From Negaprion brevirostris (lineage: Eukaryota), in assembly GCA_030324005.1 (NCBI GenBank), contig JARDVH010000025.1:74293676-74357675 (forward strand): DNA of 64,000 nt. The letters run 5' to 3'. Numbering within the stretch: the stretch's first letter is position 1; the number at the start of each line of letters is the position of its first letter. A program made the translations under genes and the position numbers. Below are positions 26,331 to 39,720 of this stretch, piece after piece. The notes under the pieces are model-generated. The model was not told the DNA's origin. It saw only the letters and a program-made list of their open reading frames with translations, and did no database searches.

Positions 26331-27439
26331 GTGGAGATATTGTAATGTTTGTACTTGATGAAAAAAACTTCAATTATACATTTTGGAGCGATTTCACACT
26401 CTGTGCTTTAGTACTTGTATGATACATGAGAGTTGTTTATTATTATGTTAATATTTATCATTTCATTATAAGATCTTAACAGCAAAGAACATTCAATAGA
26501 AAAATAATCAAATTTAGCATCAGTCAAGAATGGACCACAGAATTGTTAATAATCCTAACCTTTGCAGTGATCCCTGGCCAGATCTCTAAGTTCTTGTTAA
26601 AAGCTGGTTATGGAACAATAATGTTTAGAAGTGCAGAAAATTTGAGATTCAAGGCACTTGTTCAGTGAATAAAGCTTCAAGATTCCATTGACTTTGATCA
26701 AACAAAAATAAACTTTACTATACTCAGGCAGAAAGATAAAACGATTTACCCTCATTGTTAGAGTGTAAGATAGATACTTATATATGAGATACATTTGAAT
26801 TAATCTATCTGTTGTTTGAACATACCACACAATACAAATGGCAGATGCAACCAAGACACAGTCCATGAATTTCTCAACAACCTCCCCAGGCTTAGTTACA
26901 TTGTGAGTCAGCCAATCTCACTGAAACTCTGTCTCTCTCTCTCTTTGAAGATTTCAGTCTTCACCTTTGAAAATCTAACCTTGGAGTTCTCTCCAAAGCT
27001 CTTTCCAACTCTGGTGGCATCAACAATGGCACACCTCACAGGGTTTCAATCTCTTTCCCTGAGATTCTGCTGCCCTGGATTCCTGACCTATACGCAAGCA
27101 CCAAATCACAAACGCAACTTCAGATCTTTGTCCACGCTGTGCCATGTAGAACACTACAATTCCCAAACTGTACGTTTGTCTTAACTGCCTGCAGTGTGGA
27201 GTCATTGGTCTTAGGATGCCTTCTTCACATAAAGTTGGTTCCCTGCAGCACTTTTCCTGTTTGGGGCCTATTTCTTTGCTCCATTCTTTTTAACTGAACT
27301 GGGACCTTTCCTGTCCTTGTTCTCTCTCTGGCACTCTTCTTTTGGGATCTCTACATATCTCTTCTACCTTTAGGACCTTTCCCTGTACCCTACTTGGAAT
27401 ATTTGCTGGCAATGGTGCATTACAACCCATTATCTTGTA

Positions 27440-27660
27440 AAGAGAAGACTGAGGAGTAGGCTTAGAGGTTTTTCAAAAGTATGATAAGTTTTGAAACATT
27501 GGATTAAAGAAAGAATGTTTCCACTTGTGAGGAAGAGGTCATCAACACAAGATGGTTAACAAAGAAAGCAAATAGGCAATTCAGAAGAAATTCTTTATCA
27601 AAGTGGTGAGAATTCAGAGTAATTAAGATGAGAGAATAGATGCATTTAAGGGGAGGTTTT
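27440..27660 (+). mobile_element. CR1 LINE 3' fragment (old)
   Basis: agaagactgaggagtaggcttagaggtttttcaaaagtatg...caattcagaagaaattcttt...gatgcatttaagggg. Confidence 0.65.
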
Positions 27661-27939
27661 CAGGCATGTGTAGCTGGTCGTTCTCTCAAAAGATGCAGCT
27701 GCCAGCCTCCTGGTGTCCCAGGCAGGTAAGCATGGTTTACAAAATATCTTGCGTATAAAATTAGGTAAACAGATTTAGACTGACAAATATTCTGGGCTGG
27801 GATCTTGTATTTCATTTGCTGCATAACCTTTAGAAACAATTCCCTCCCTATCATCAAGGGGATGGTTGCACAGTTATAAAATGGCCTGAGTTAATTCCCT
27901 GGAGACATGATTCCATCCTGATTTGTGCTAACCTAGCCC

Positions 27940-28574
27940 CCCCTTAATTGTATCTATAGTGTTCATCTTAACTACTCTACATTCTTGCCACTCTGAGTAA
28001 AGAATTTCTCCTAAATCCCCTATTTGTTTCCTTGGTCACTTTGTTGCATTGATGACCTCCTCCCACAAATAGAAACATTCTCTCTTTAATCCAATCTATC
28101 ACAACCTTTCATACTTTAAAAAAACCTCTAAGTTCACTCCTCGGTCTTCTCTTTTCAAGATAAAGGAGATCCATCCTTTGCTGGTCAGTATAACTTTGCA
28201 GTTCTCGTATCATCCTTGAAAATCTTTTTTTTGGCATCTTGTCCAGTGCCTAAGGACATGAGAAATGTGAGCAGTAGACCACTTGTCGAACCTGCTCTAC
28301 CATTCAATATGATCAGGGCTTCATACCTCTATACTATTTGTAAAATATGGCAACCAGAATTGTACACAGCAGTGTGGTTTGATACAACTTTAATTTCGCT
28401 ACTTTTTCATTCTATCCCGCTAGAAAAAGCCTTAGTACTTGGCTTTGTTTTGTTATGGCCTTATTGACTTGGGTTGCAACTTCTATATCTTTTATATATT
28501 TGTATTTTCAGATTCCTTTTGCTCCTGTAACTCATTCAGGTTATCACTTTCTAAGTAATATGTGATCTCCCTAT
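27940..28574 (-). mobile_element. CR1 LINE fragments (old), running into a 900-N gap
   Basis: Antisense CR1 segments (ccactctgagtaaagaatttctcc; aatatggcaaccagaattgtacacag). Confidence 0.6.
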
Positions 28575-29474
28575 NNNNNNNNNNNNNNNNNNNNNNNNNN
28601 NNNNNNNNNNNNNNNNNNNNNNNNNNNNNNNNNNNNNNNNNNNNNNNNNNNNNNNNNNNNNNNNNNNNNNNNNNNNNNNNNNNNNNNNNNNNNNNNNNNN
28701 NNNNNNNNNNNNNNNNNNNNNNNNNNNNNNNNNNNNNNNNNNNNNNNNNNNNNNNNNNNNNNNNNNNNNNNNNNNNNNNNNNNNNNNNNNNNNNNNNNNN
28801 NNNNNNNNNNNNNNNNNNNNNNNNNNNNNNNNNNNNNNNNNNNNNNNNNNNNNNNNNNNNNNNNNNNNNNNNNNNNNNNNNNNNNNNNNNNNNNNNNNNN
28901 NNNNNNNNNNNNNNNNNNNNNNNNNNNNNNNNNNNNNNNNNNNNNNNNNNNNNNNNNNNNNNNNNNNNNNNNNNNNNNNNNNNNNNNNNNNNNNNNNNNN
29001 NNNNNNNNNNNNNNNNNNNNNNNNNNNNNNNNNNNNNNNNNNNNNNNNNNNNNNNNNNNNNNNNNNNNNNNNNNNNNNNNNNNNNNNNNNNNNNNNNNNN
29101 NNNNNNNNNNNNNNNNNNNNNNNNNNNNNNNNNNNNNNNNNNNNNNNNNNNNNNNNNNNNNNNNNNNNNNNNNNNNNNNNNNNNNNNNNNNNNNNNNNNN
29201 NNNNNNNNNNNNNNNNNNNNNNNNNNNNNNNNNNNNNNNNNNNNNNNNNNNNNNNNNNNNNNNNNNNNNNNNNNNNNNNNNNNNNNNNNNNNNNNNNNNN
29301 NNNNNNNNNNNNNNNNNNNNNNNNNNNNNNNNNNNNNNNNNNNNNNNNNNNNNNNNNNNNNNNNNNNNNNNNNNNNNNNNNNNNNNNNNNNNNNNNNNNN
29401 NNNNNNNNNNNNNNNNNNNNNNNNNNNNNNNNNNNNNNNNNNNNNNNNNNNNNNNNNNNNNNNNNNNNNNNNNN

Positions 29475-30003
29475 GGCTTTATTAATAGGAGCATAGAGTA
29501 CAAGAGCAAGGAGGTTATGCTGAACTTATACAATACACTAGTCAGACCTCAGATGGAATATTGTGCACTGTTCTGGGCACCACACTATAGGGAGGATATG
29601 AACGCATTTGTGACAGTGCAGAAGAGATTTACAAGAATGGTTCCAGGGATGGAGAGAGAAGGCAATTTGATAGAGATGCTCAAAATCATGAAGGGGTTGG
29701 ACAGAGTAGATGGGGTGTAACTTTTCCTGCTCATAAAAGGATCACGAATGAGAGTGCACAGATTTAAAGTGATTTGCAAAAGAAGTAAATCTGATGTGAG
29801 AAAAATTGTTTTCAAACAGTGATGGTTTGGGTCTGGAATGCACTATCTGGAAGTGTGGTGGGGCAGCTTAAAGCAAGGCATTCAAGAGGGTAATGGGGAA
29901 AAGGCAGGAGAACGGCACTAAGTCCGAATGCTCGTTTGGAGAGTCAGTACAGACATAATGGCCCAAATGGCCTCCTACGGTGTTGTAACAATTCTGTGAT
30001 TCT
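29475..30003 (+). mobile_element. CR1 LINE 3' end with internal deletion
   Basis: MLNLYNTLVRPQMEYCALFWAPHYRED...VQKRFTRMVPGM; 3' UTR atgggcccaaatggcctcct. Confidence 0.9.
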
Positions 30004-30009
30004 AAATTG

Positions 30010-30480
30010 GTGCAGTCCTAATCAATGTTGTCTCATTCCTTTCAATTTGGTGTCATCCGTAATTTGAAAAATTGTGCTTTTGATTTCAAAATCTAAATCA
30101 TTAATATAAATTGTGAGCAGCTGAGTTCTCAGCACTGACCATTATCACCTTACTTCCCACCTTCTGCCACACTGAATAGCTGCACTTTACCCCTCCTTTC
30201 TGTTTTCTGCCTTTCAGCCAAGCATAGGCCTTTAGAAATTTACATTTAATACATCTATTACCCTCGTCTATACTCTGTCTTCTTTAAAAAGTCGGTAAGG
30301 TTGGGCATGCAAGACTTCCCCTTTTGAGTCTAAGTTGAGGATTCACTATGATGTTTTTATTTTATAGATGGTTTTCTTTCACAGGGATCCCATCATTTTT
30401 TCTATGAATGATACTTGTTCTCATTCCCTTCTTAAATTTTAGCTATTAGTCTCACCTCAGGTTACATCTTTTTCTCATAA
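30010..30480 (-). mobile_element. CR1 LINE RT-region fragment (old)
   Basis: ttcaatttggtgtcatccgtaattt is antisense to an ADDTKL-like motif. Confidence 0.55.
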
Positions 30481-31159
30481 ATAACCAAGTATATGCTTCT
30501 GCTATCTCTTTCCTAGATTCATTTGCTTTCTTTGTTGTAAAGTTGCATGTGTGCCTATCTTGACAATTCAAGAGAACTAAGTACTGCAGCAGGATTAGCA
30601 AATGTCCTTTGCTCTCTGCAATGTGGGTTTGAGTTCAGCTGGACTGATGGAACAAAAGAATTGATAATATGTGGTAAAATTGATTAAAATTATGAAAATA
30701 ATTGTTTGATCTGTGTATGTATCTATTTAAGGTTCTCCTGTTGTTTATATTGACAGAAATCCATCTGAAATGGTTTATTTTACAGTTAAGCTTTGAGTTT
30801 TGACATCCAGTGGGATGGAGTGTATGCAGCTTTAGAATAGTTTCACTGAATCATTAATAAACCTTAACATGTAGGTCTTCCCATGCAAAAATGTTCAGTT
30901 TGCACAAAAAGCGTGTGTGTTATGTTTAACATTTGCTTGAGATGTTGATCTTTAATAACTGATATATGAAACCTTTTTCAGTTGAAAATATGTTGCTGTC
31001 TTTAAGTATTGTTTTGTATTTGGATAGAAATCCATGCTTTCATCAAAGAATTCTTGCTGTGTCACTTGAGACAGGAAGTGATGCTCGTAAGGCCGTCTGG
31101 TCAACTTTAACAAAATGAATTTATGATGTGCAAACAAATAACACTTTTTAGAAATACTG

Positions 31160-31473
31160 GAGAATAAAGAAAATTACAGCACAGGGATAGGCAGTTTGGC
31201 CCTCCAAGCCTGCACTGACCGTGCTGCCCGACTGAACTAGACCCCCTACCCTTCTGGAGACCATATCCTTCTTTCCCCATCCTATTCATGTATTTGTCCA
31301 GACACCCCTTAAAACTCACTATCGTATCTGTTTCCACTACCTCTGCCGGCAGCGAGTTCCAGACACCGGTCACCGTCTGTGTAAAGAAAACTTGTCTCAC
31401 ATATCTCCTTTAAACTTCGTCCCTCGCACCTTAAATCTGTGCCTCCTGGTAATTGACTCTTCCACACTCGGAA
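31160..31473 (-). mobile_element. CR1 LINE 3' end (young subfamily)
   Basis: MRQVFFTQTVTGVWNSLPAEVVETDTIVSFKGCLDKYM; tail aaagaaaattacagcacagg shared with 33425 and 56858. Confidence 0.9.
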
Positions 31474-31573
31474 NNNNNNNNNNNNNNNNNNNNNNNNNNN
31501 NNNNNNNNNNNNNNNNNNNNNNNNNNNNNNNNNNNNNNNNNNNNNNNNNNNNNNNNNNNNNNNNNNNNNNNNN

Positions 31574-31830
31574 CATGGTAGGAGATATAGGAGGAATGTC
31601 CAAGGTAGATTCTTTACTCAGAGAGTGGTTGGGTTGTGGAATAGACTGCCTGCTGTGATAGTGCAGTCGGACACTTTAGAAACTTTCAAGCGGTTATTGG
31701 ATAGGCACATGGAGCACTCCAGAATTATAGGGTGTGGGATAGCTTGATCTTGGGATTGGACATAGTTCAGCACAACATTGAGGGCTGAAGGGCCTGTACT
31801 GTGCTGTAATGTTCTCTGTTCAATGTTCTA
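31574..31830 (+). mobile_element. CR1 LINE 3' end, same subfamily as 7372-7700
   Basis: Near reverse complement of about 7385-7602. Confidence 0.88.
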
Positions 31831-32380
31831 AAGTGGAAATGGTCAAGAGCTTCAAGTTTCTCGGTGTCCAAATCACTAACAACCTGTCTTGATACCTCCA
31901 TGCAGACACTATAGTTAAGAAAGCCCACCAAGCCTCTACTTTCTCAGAAGAATAGGGAAATTTGGCATGTCTGCTACAACTCTCACCATCTTTTACAGAT
32001 GCACCAAAGAAAGCATCCTTTCTGGTTGTATCAGCTTGGTATAGTTCCTGCTCTGTCCAAGACTGCAAAAAAACACAAACGAAACCCAGTCCATCAACAC
32101 AAACCAGCCTCCCATCCATTGATTCTGCCTGCACTTCCTGCTGCTTTGGAAAAGCATCCACATACTCAAGGACCCTATGCACCCCAGACATACTCATCAC
32201 TTTCTTCCATCAGGAAAAGATACAGAAGTCTTAGGATATGTACCAACCAACTCAAAAACAGCCTCTTCCCTGGTGTAATCAGACTTTTGAATGGACTTAC
32301 CTCGTATTAAGTTGATCTTTCTCTACACCCCACTTATGACTGTAACACTACATTCTGCACATTGTCCTTTCCTTCTCTTT
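31831..32380 (+). mobile_element. Rex1/Babar-clade LINE 3' end
   Basis: VEMVKSFKFLGVQITNNLS*YLHADTIVKKAHQ and KRYRSLRICTNQLKNSLFPGVIRLLN, typical Rex1/Babar C-terminus. Confidence 0.8.
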
Positions 32381-32399
32381 CCTTCTCATATCAAAATGA

Positions 32400-33412
32400 C
32401 ATAGCTAAGTTATACCTGCTCAGCGTTTTGGTCCATCTGTAGCCTTTGACTTGGTTTTACTACATCATCTTCCAGTGCCCCTCCACATCATCCAGTTGGC
32501 TGGGACTGCTCTAGCCTATTTCCATTCTTATTTGTTCAATTGCAGCCAGAGAAATTCCCTCATTGGCTTATCTTCCTGCTTCCACGCTGTTACCCCTGGT
32601 GTCCCCCAAGATTTATCCTTGGCCTCCTCCTATACCTTATCTAATTTTTTTCCCTCAGTACCATCATTAATAAGCAGTCAGTTTTGACATAAATGCTGAT
32701 GATATCCACTTCTAGCTCACCTCCATCCCTTTTGAGTCCCACCACTTGTCAGACTGACATCCCCAAATTTCCTCCAAATACGCATTGGGAGGCTTGCAGC
32801 CATTGACCAAAGTTCTAATAACAAATTCTATTCCTTGTCAGCAACTCCATTCCTCTCCCTCAGTTTTCTGAGGCTGGACCAGATTGTTCACAACCGCAGT
32901 CGTACATTTCAGTCAAAGTTGAACTTTCAACCACATATCTGTGCAATCATTATGACTGCCTATTTACAACTCTGTAACATTGCCAGTTCTGGCTTTGCCT
33001 CAGCTTAACTGCCTCTAGACTGGACTTTTCCCATGCATACCTGGCTGGCATCTTCTGTTATATCCTCGCAAATGTACGGTCATTCAAAATTCTGCTGCCG
33101 TGTCTAACTGGCAGTGAGTCCAATGCACTTGTCGCCCCTGCTCTCACTGACTTACATTAGGCAACATCTTAATTTTAAGATTCTATCATCATGGTCTGGC
33201 CCCCTCCTCATCTCTGTATTCTCCACAAACCTTGCAGCCTCCCCAAGAACTCTGCATTCTGCTAATTGAGCACTCTCAATTTTAATCTCTCCAATCACAC
33301 CCTCATTTACCTAGGCCCTAAACCCTGGAATTCTCAGTCTTAATCTCTCAGTCATTCCACCTTCATTTCTTCCTTTAAGACACACCACCAAAATCTCCTT
33401 CTTTCACCAATT
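32400..33412 (+). mobile_element. L2-clade LINE RT to 3' remnant
   Basis: SYLFNCSQR...GVPQD, an ADD motif (aaatgctgatgat) and ccctggaattc near the end. Confidence 0.75.
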
Positions 33413-33424
33413 TCTTTTGGTTAT

Positions 33425-33978
33425 AAAGAACAAAGAAAATTACAGCACAGGAACAGGCCCTTTGGCCTACCAAGTCTGCACCGACCGTGCTGTCGGACTT
33501 AACAAAAACCCCTTGCCCTTCCAGGGACCATATCCCTCTATTCCCATCCTATTCATGTGTGTATCAAGACACCCCTTAAAAGTCACTACCTTATCCACTT
33601 CCATTACCTCCCTCGGCAATTAGTTCCAGGCACCCACTACTGTCTGTGTAAAAAATCTGCCTCGAACATCTCTTTTAAACCTTGCCCTTCGCATATTAAA
33701 CCTGTGCCCCCTAGTAATTGACCCCTCTACACTGGGGAAAGCTTCTGACTATCCACTCTCTCCATGCCTCTCATAATCTTGGAGACTTCTGTCAGGTTGC
33801 CCCTCAACCTCCATCGTTCCAGTGAGAACAAACCAAGTTTCTCCAAACTCTCCTCACAGCTAATGCCCTCTGTACCAGGCAACATTCTGGTAAATCTTTT
33901 TTGTACCCTCTCCAAAGCCTCCACATCTTTCTGGTAGTGTGGCTACCAGAATTGAACACTATATTCAAAGTGCAGTCT
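33425..33978 (-). mobile_element. CR1 LINE 3' end
   Basis: EALERVQKRFTRMLPG...LEKLGLFSLERWRLRGNLTEVSKIMRG. Confidence 0.92.
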
Positions 33979-34469
33979 AGAGATTATGTTGTTTTCTTTC
34001 ACATTCATATTTAAGACAACAACATGATTTTGTGATCATATTTTGAATATACATCCTTTCTGAAATTGAGGTACCAATTTATTTTGTTAGAAACTTCATT
34101 TTAATTTGAACTTTCAAGTTAAATGATTGTAGTAATGGATGGAGCTGGCTTGTTCAGGGGAAAGCAGTCACATCCAGAATGGCCAAATAATAGCTTTGAA
34201 ACTTACAAAAGATGCATGGATTCTGAAGTTCTGGAATGAGCATTCATTTATAGCTATTTATTAACTCTTTTGAGTATAATTATTTATTATGAACATTCAA
34301 TTCTAAACAGACATGCTGAGCATGCTCAATTGGTTCTGGTTTTCTTGGAAAATTGGGTTTTTTCTGAAAAATAAGGCATGGGAATTGTTGTGAGTGGGAG
34401 GAGCAGACTATGCAAAAGTCCGTTGACCCAGGATGGGATTTTCTGTTCTTGGCGCAAGTGTGGCCAGAA

Positions 34470-35060
34470 AGTCCCGCCCAAGTTAATAAAGCATTTAATT
34501 TCTCAGAAAGCAGAGACGTTAGGCTAAACTCTTATGGACCTCTGGTTAGAACACATTTGGCGTTATTGCAGAGAGTTCTAGTTTATTATATTTCAAAATG
34601 GACATGCAGAAGGTGCTGATTTTTATATGGATGATGATTAGAACTGAGTGGCTGTGGACAATCAGCAATATTAGAGCAAGATGGGATTCTTTTCTCCAAT
34701 GAAACAAAGGCTGAAGCTGATCTAAGAGAGGTTTTTCAAATTATCAAAGGGATTGAGAGAGCAGACATTGAGAAGATGTTTGAATTTGTGGGGGGTGGGG
34801 AGGTGTGCTTGGTGGAAGAGAGGACAAACCTGTAAATAATTATAACCAATAACTAATAAATCTAATAAGGCATTAAGGAGCACTTTCTTTTTTCAAAGAA
34901 TGGTTATAATTTGGAACTTGCTACCAAATAGACTAGTTGAGGTCATTAGCATAACTGCATTTGAGGCAGGATAATCGGGGAAGAAAGGAATAGAGAGATA
35001 TGCTAGTTGAGTTAAAAGTAGAGTGGAGCCATACACCAGTTTGGACTATTTTGGGCATAT
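34470..35060 (+). mobile_element. CR1 LINE 3' portion (old)
   Basis: LNSYGPLVRTHL; gctgatctaagagaggtttttcaaattatcaaaggg; ttggaacttgctacca. Confidence 0.65.
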
Positions 35061-36939
35061 GTAAACGTGATGTCAAGGAGTTGTGCAGAGATGGTATCGG
35101 CTATGGTTCCACTGCCAAGCCTATGCCTTTTCAGGAGTTTGCAATTCATTCTGCCTTCTCTTTCAAATGTAACTATTACATTTGATTGCCATGGGATTGT
35201 AGACATTGGGGGTCAATGCAGCTTACGTAAATTGGGCAGGCATAAAATATGCACTACATTCTTTCCACTGCCTCAGTGAATATTATGGACATTTTACTAC
35301 ATAATGCCTTAATTTGGAATTACTGCCATTGGCTTTTGTTGACCATCAATTTGCACATGATAGTGTAGAAAACAAAAACATCAGCAGAGTTACACCACGT
35401 GAGGGAAATAGGCTAAACATTCTGCACTGAACGCATTGAGCAGTAAAAATGCTGAGAACTGGGACAAAGGTCGGACTTTTCCCTAAATTCGGCAAAGGCC
35501 AATAGCTGGTAGGAAAAGCAGCGTTAAAGTCAATGGCATCAATGGTAACTGTGCCGTTCAGGACTTAGGCACAGAAACCTCAAGGGGCAGTTCTCACAAC
35601 GTCACACGAGCGGGACTGGCTCTGATTGAACCAATTCCGCCAGCTATTTAGTTTTCCAGAGGTCTGGGGTACCATTATTAAAGGTCACTATGGAAGTCCA
35701 AGTTAGCTTATTCTGCTTACAAATATGGGATGGGCTAGGTTTTACAAGGGTGGGGGAGGGAGGATGCTGTGGCCTTCTGCTCACTCTCCCTACCTCCAAG
35801 GAAGAGTTGATCAAAAATCGACTGCCTTTTTAAAAAATAAAAGCCGTCCCACAACGATAATAGACTGTGGGTGCCCTTAACAGATGAGGGTTGGATTTCC
35901 AGTCCCGCCCCAAACTGATGACTAGCTGTTCTTGCAGTCTCCGCAGTGCCAGAACTCAGCAGCAGCTGCTATTAGGACTGCAAACAGCGTTATAAGTGCC
36001 ATTGATGTTGGAAACTGGCAAGTTCAGGCTTTTTGGGCAGGGAGGGATTTTGGATCTAGGGAGCGGGGCTGGGGCCTGTTTTGGTGGCTTTGCGGGGAGG
36101 CACAGAAGGTGGGTACTGTCAAATCCAACAATTGTACACGATTGAGGAAATATTGCTGCGATTTGTATCTTTATCTTAGTATGTAATGAAGGAAGTTATA
36201 CTGCAATATGTATCTTATCTTCAGTTAGTTTATTTTCCATCCAACTCAGTAGAGATACAAACTTCTTGTGATTCGCCCCTTATGGATGAAGAAATAGACT
36301 TCTCACACTCATCTGTCTTGCAAACCAACATTTTATGGCAATGGAAGAAGATGGTGAGCAGTAAGGGGCCCAATAGACCTAAGGGTGCACAAGTTAATAG
36401 GCACCTTATCCATCTCATGTGTTAAGGGTGCTGGGTTGGAAGGCAATGGGCTAGCTAGCTGATGTGCCCTCCACCCCGCCAAAAACATGAGTGGTGTGGA
36501 GATGTAAGGTGCAACCCCATATATGAGATTTGTTGGAAAGTTTACTTGAGTAACTTTTTCTTATATCCTTAATACTGGTGTTTACTGTATGTTTGGATAT
36601 TCCTATCAAATATTGATGAGATTGACCCCCCCCCACACCCCGTCCCAAATTCTCCACATTTTCTTCAGGGTTTGTCAATGCAAGTCTGTTGATCACCTGT
36701 GGACTATTGAGAAACAAAACATCAAGCATGTGGAAACATATTCCATATTGAATCTTAGCTCTTTTTTATCACCTGTCCCAAATATTTATGCAACCTAACG
36801 AAAGTCTTCTCATTTTCTTTAATACTTGTGACTTCTGTTGTGTATTTAGACTTTTGATCTGCATTGCTGTTTCAGAAAGGGATATTGTGGCATCTCTGGC
36901 AACGAGCCAATATCCAAATGCCATCTGATAAAGATCACT

Positions 36940-37050
36940 GGAAATTTTAACTTTTTCTCTCCCCACAGTTATTGAGACCTGCTGAGTATTTCCAAAATGT
37001 TCTCTTTTTTCAAATTTCCAGCATCTGATGTATTTTACTCTTGTTTCCAT
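36940..37050. mobile_element. Penelope-derived short repeat fragment
   Basis: ttctctccccacagttattgagacctgctgagtatttccaaaatgttctc...tttccagcatctg. Confidence 0.5.
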
Positions 37051-37689
37051 CAGCCATGGTTTGTGATTAGTTTATTATAATTGTAATTCAGATGGTATAA
37101 AAGATGGGTTCAGGATGAGTGGAAAATAGTTGAAAGTCTAAATTACACAAGGAATGGATCCCACAGGAGATATTGAAAAAGGCAAAATTGTCATACAAGT
37201 TGACAAAATTTTGGAAAATGAAGTAAATCGTAAAGGAGCTTCTTAAAACATTGTTTTGGTGTGAATAATGCACAAAATAGTGAGGTAAAATAAGTTTATT
37301 TGAGCAGCATACAAGAGCAATGATGAAAAAAGTTTAAATGAAGGTTAAAACAAGTTGCATGGGTGCAATCATAAAGTCAAGCTGGTAGTGAAAGGTGGAA
37401 TGCTTGGGGCACATTTACATTCCAAGATTGGCAGGAGTGTTAAGTGTTTTGAGTTTTGCCACAACAATGAATTAGTGCAGTACAGAATTGCTTTTTAGAT
37501 CTGACCTAATTATGGACCAAAGCGCCCTTTAATTTTTTTTTGTTTGCGGCCTATTCATTTCAATGTGCAGCCATGCATGTGAGTTAACTTAAATGGGGGA
37601 ATTTGCACACTTGGAGGGAATGTTGCTCTGAACCAAAGAGAATTGAGACTCCCCTCTTCCACTTNNNNNNNTCAAACTAAAATATATCA

Positions 37690-38525
37690 GGTTTTACAGG
37701 CTCACTGATGTAAACATCTCTCCCTCACCACCAGCTCTCAACCCCCTCCACTGGATCTGATTTCTCACACTGCTATATTGACACCCCACATTGGACAAAT
37801 AGAAATTCCTTCCAACTAAATATTGGAGAAAACTGAAGTTACTGTCTTCGATCCTAGCCACAATACCATCTTTCGCCATGGCCACTGCCTGAGGCCGAAT
37901 TAGAATGTTTGGCACTTTGGTGTCATATTTGATTCCGTGATTAGTTTCCTAATACTCTCTCAGTAATTTCCACCTCCATTCCATAAACTGCCTCAGCTCA
38001 TCTATTTGAACCCTCAGATATACCCGTGTTAGATGTGACTATTCCAATGCATTCTTGACATCTTCCACCCCATATAAAATTGGAATGATCCCAAATTGTG
38101 CCATTTGCATCCTAACTAGCACCAAGTTATGTTCACATGTCGGCCCCATGCTTGCTGAACTACATTCATTTGTAATTCAGCAATAAAATTATCATCCTTG
38201 CTTTCAAGTCCCTCTATTTTCATCCCTCTGTTTCTGTAGTCTCCTCCAGCCTGCACTCTCCCAAATATCTGTACTCCTCCAGTTTTGGCCTCTTGTGTAT
38301 GACTAATTCTAATCACTCTGTCATTGGTGGCCAGGCCTTTACTTGCCTAGGCCCCAAGCTCTGGAATTCCCTCCCTCTAACCTCTCTCTGCTTTGTTAAG
38401 ACACCCCTGAAAGCCTGTCACTTTGACTAAGNNNNNNNNNNNNNNNNCTAGTATCTCCTTATGTGGGTCAGTGTCAAATTTGACTCGCCTTGTTTCTCTG
38501 TGTTAAATGCACTACACAAATGTTG
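37690..38525 (+). mobile_element. L2-clade LINE 3' portion
   Basis: NFLPTKYWRKLK segment; gactattccaatgc; ggccccaagctctggaattccctccct (KLWNSLP). Confidence 0.75.
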
Positions 38526-39399
38526 TTATTCCCTCAAGAATCAAGTTATCTTTGGACTCTGTAGTGAGGTAGAACTGTAACAAACATGATGCTTGTAGTG
38601 TCAATGCAGCTGAAGTTTTTTTTCTTGCTTAGCAATATTATAATATGTGGAAAATAGACACTGAATCCAAGAAGGCCACTGGAGAGGCGATTGGGTTTTC
38701 TTTAGAAAGGGTGCTACATATATAATGAAATTTAGTTGAATGAGAAAAATGATGAATTAGAAGGTTTTTAAGCTAAAATAATAGAAATAACACTGAAAAG
38801 ATATTGCTGATGTTAACTTTGTCTAGAAAATTTTAAAAAGTGGATTAAATATCAGGGAATGATGAAAGCAGCTAGATATAGTGGATCTGAAAAAAAATTA
38901 CAATTTATTTTCTGGCTTCTAATGAACAAGCGTGGAGTGTACCGTTAGTCATACTTTAAAGCAGAGGATGTGCATACAGAGAGAATGTAAACAATAGAGA
39001 GTGTAAACAATCCAGATAAATGTTTAATAAAGTTATAAAAATTATCTATGAGCAGTTACTGGATTGAGTTGTGTTTTCACTTGCGTACTCTTTATGGCTC
39101 TTGGAATGTACTGTGTGTATATTTTGGTTCCAATTTTCACTTTTCTACTAATTAAGAGTTTCAGGTTATTTGAAAATCTGTATTTTCTTGAGCAAATGCT
39201 TTTTGCTGTAGCAGGTCGAGTTTGCCAAATAAGTGGCAGGTTCTAATTTTCATGCATGAGGTGTTCCAGAATCATTTTACAATCTAGTTCTTTGCATTGG
39301 GCAACTTCGTCAATGCACATGTGCCATATTTGGTCAGTTTTGTTTACATGCTTACAATATTGGTTTGATTCAATTGATGGCATTGGTGCTGCTGACTCA

Positions 39400-39720
39400 A
39401 GATAGTGTGCATTTTTAACTTCCACTACATGATCCAACCATATACTCTCAACTGACATCACTGTGCAATAATGAGGGATTGCAGTAGTATTGGAGATGCT
39501 AGGACCTAATTTGAAGTAAAAACATCTCATGGCGCAACGTGAACAGTGTATTGTTTTAGCCAACACTCTGCTGATCACTAAAACCAATTTAACAGGTTGG
39601 TTATCTTCTTTCTGTTTGTGGAGCATTTGCTTACCTAAGACAATTAGTCCACCTCAAAAGTAATTGGTTTGTGGTGAAAAGCTTGGGATGTGCTGAAGAA
39701 ATGATATGGCACTAGATAGG
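39400..39720 (+). mobile_element. DeuSINE-like element (old)
   Basis: actgtgcaataatgagggattgcagtagtattggagatgc...tgtttgtggagcatttgct...cctcaaaagtaattggttt. Confidence 0.5.

Noticed and set aside
28562-29533. Longest ORFs in the track (307 and 320 aa)
   Set aside because: Artefacts of a 900-N assembly gap.
31160-31830. Opposed CR1 ends suggesting a twin-primed or inverted element
   Set aside because: The two halves are different subfamilies separated by a 100-N gap, so their adjacency cannot be interpreted.
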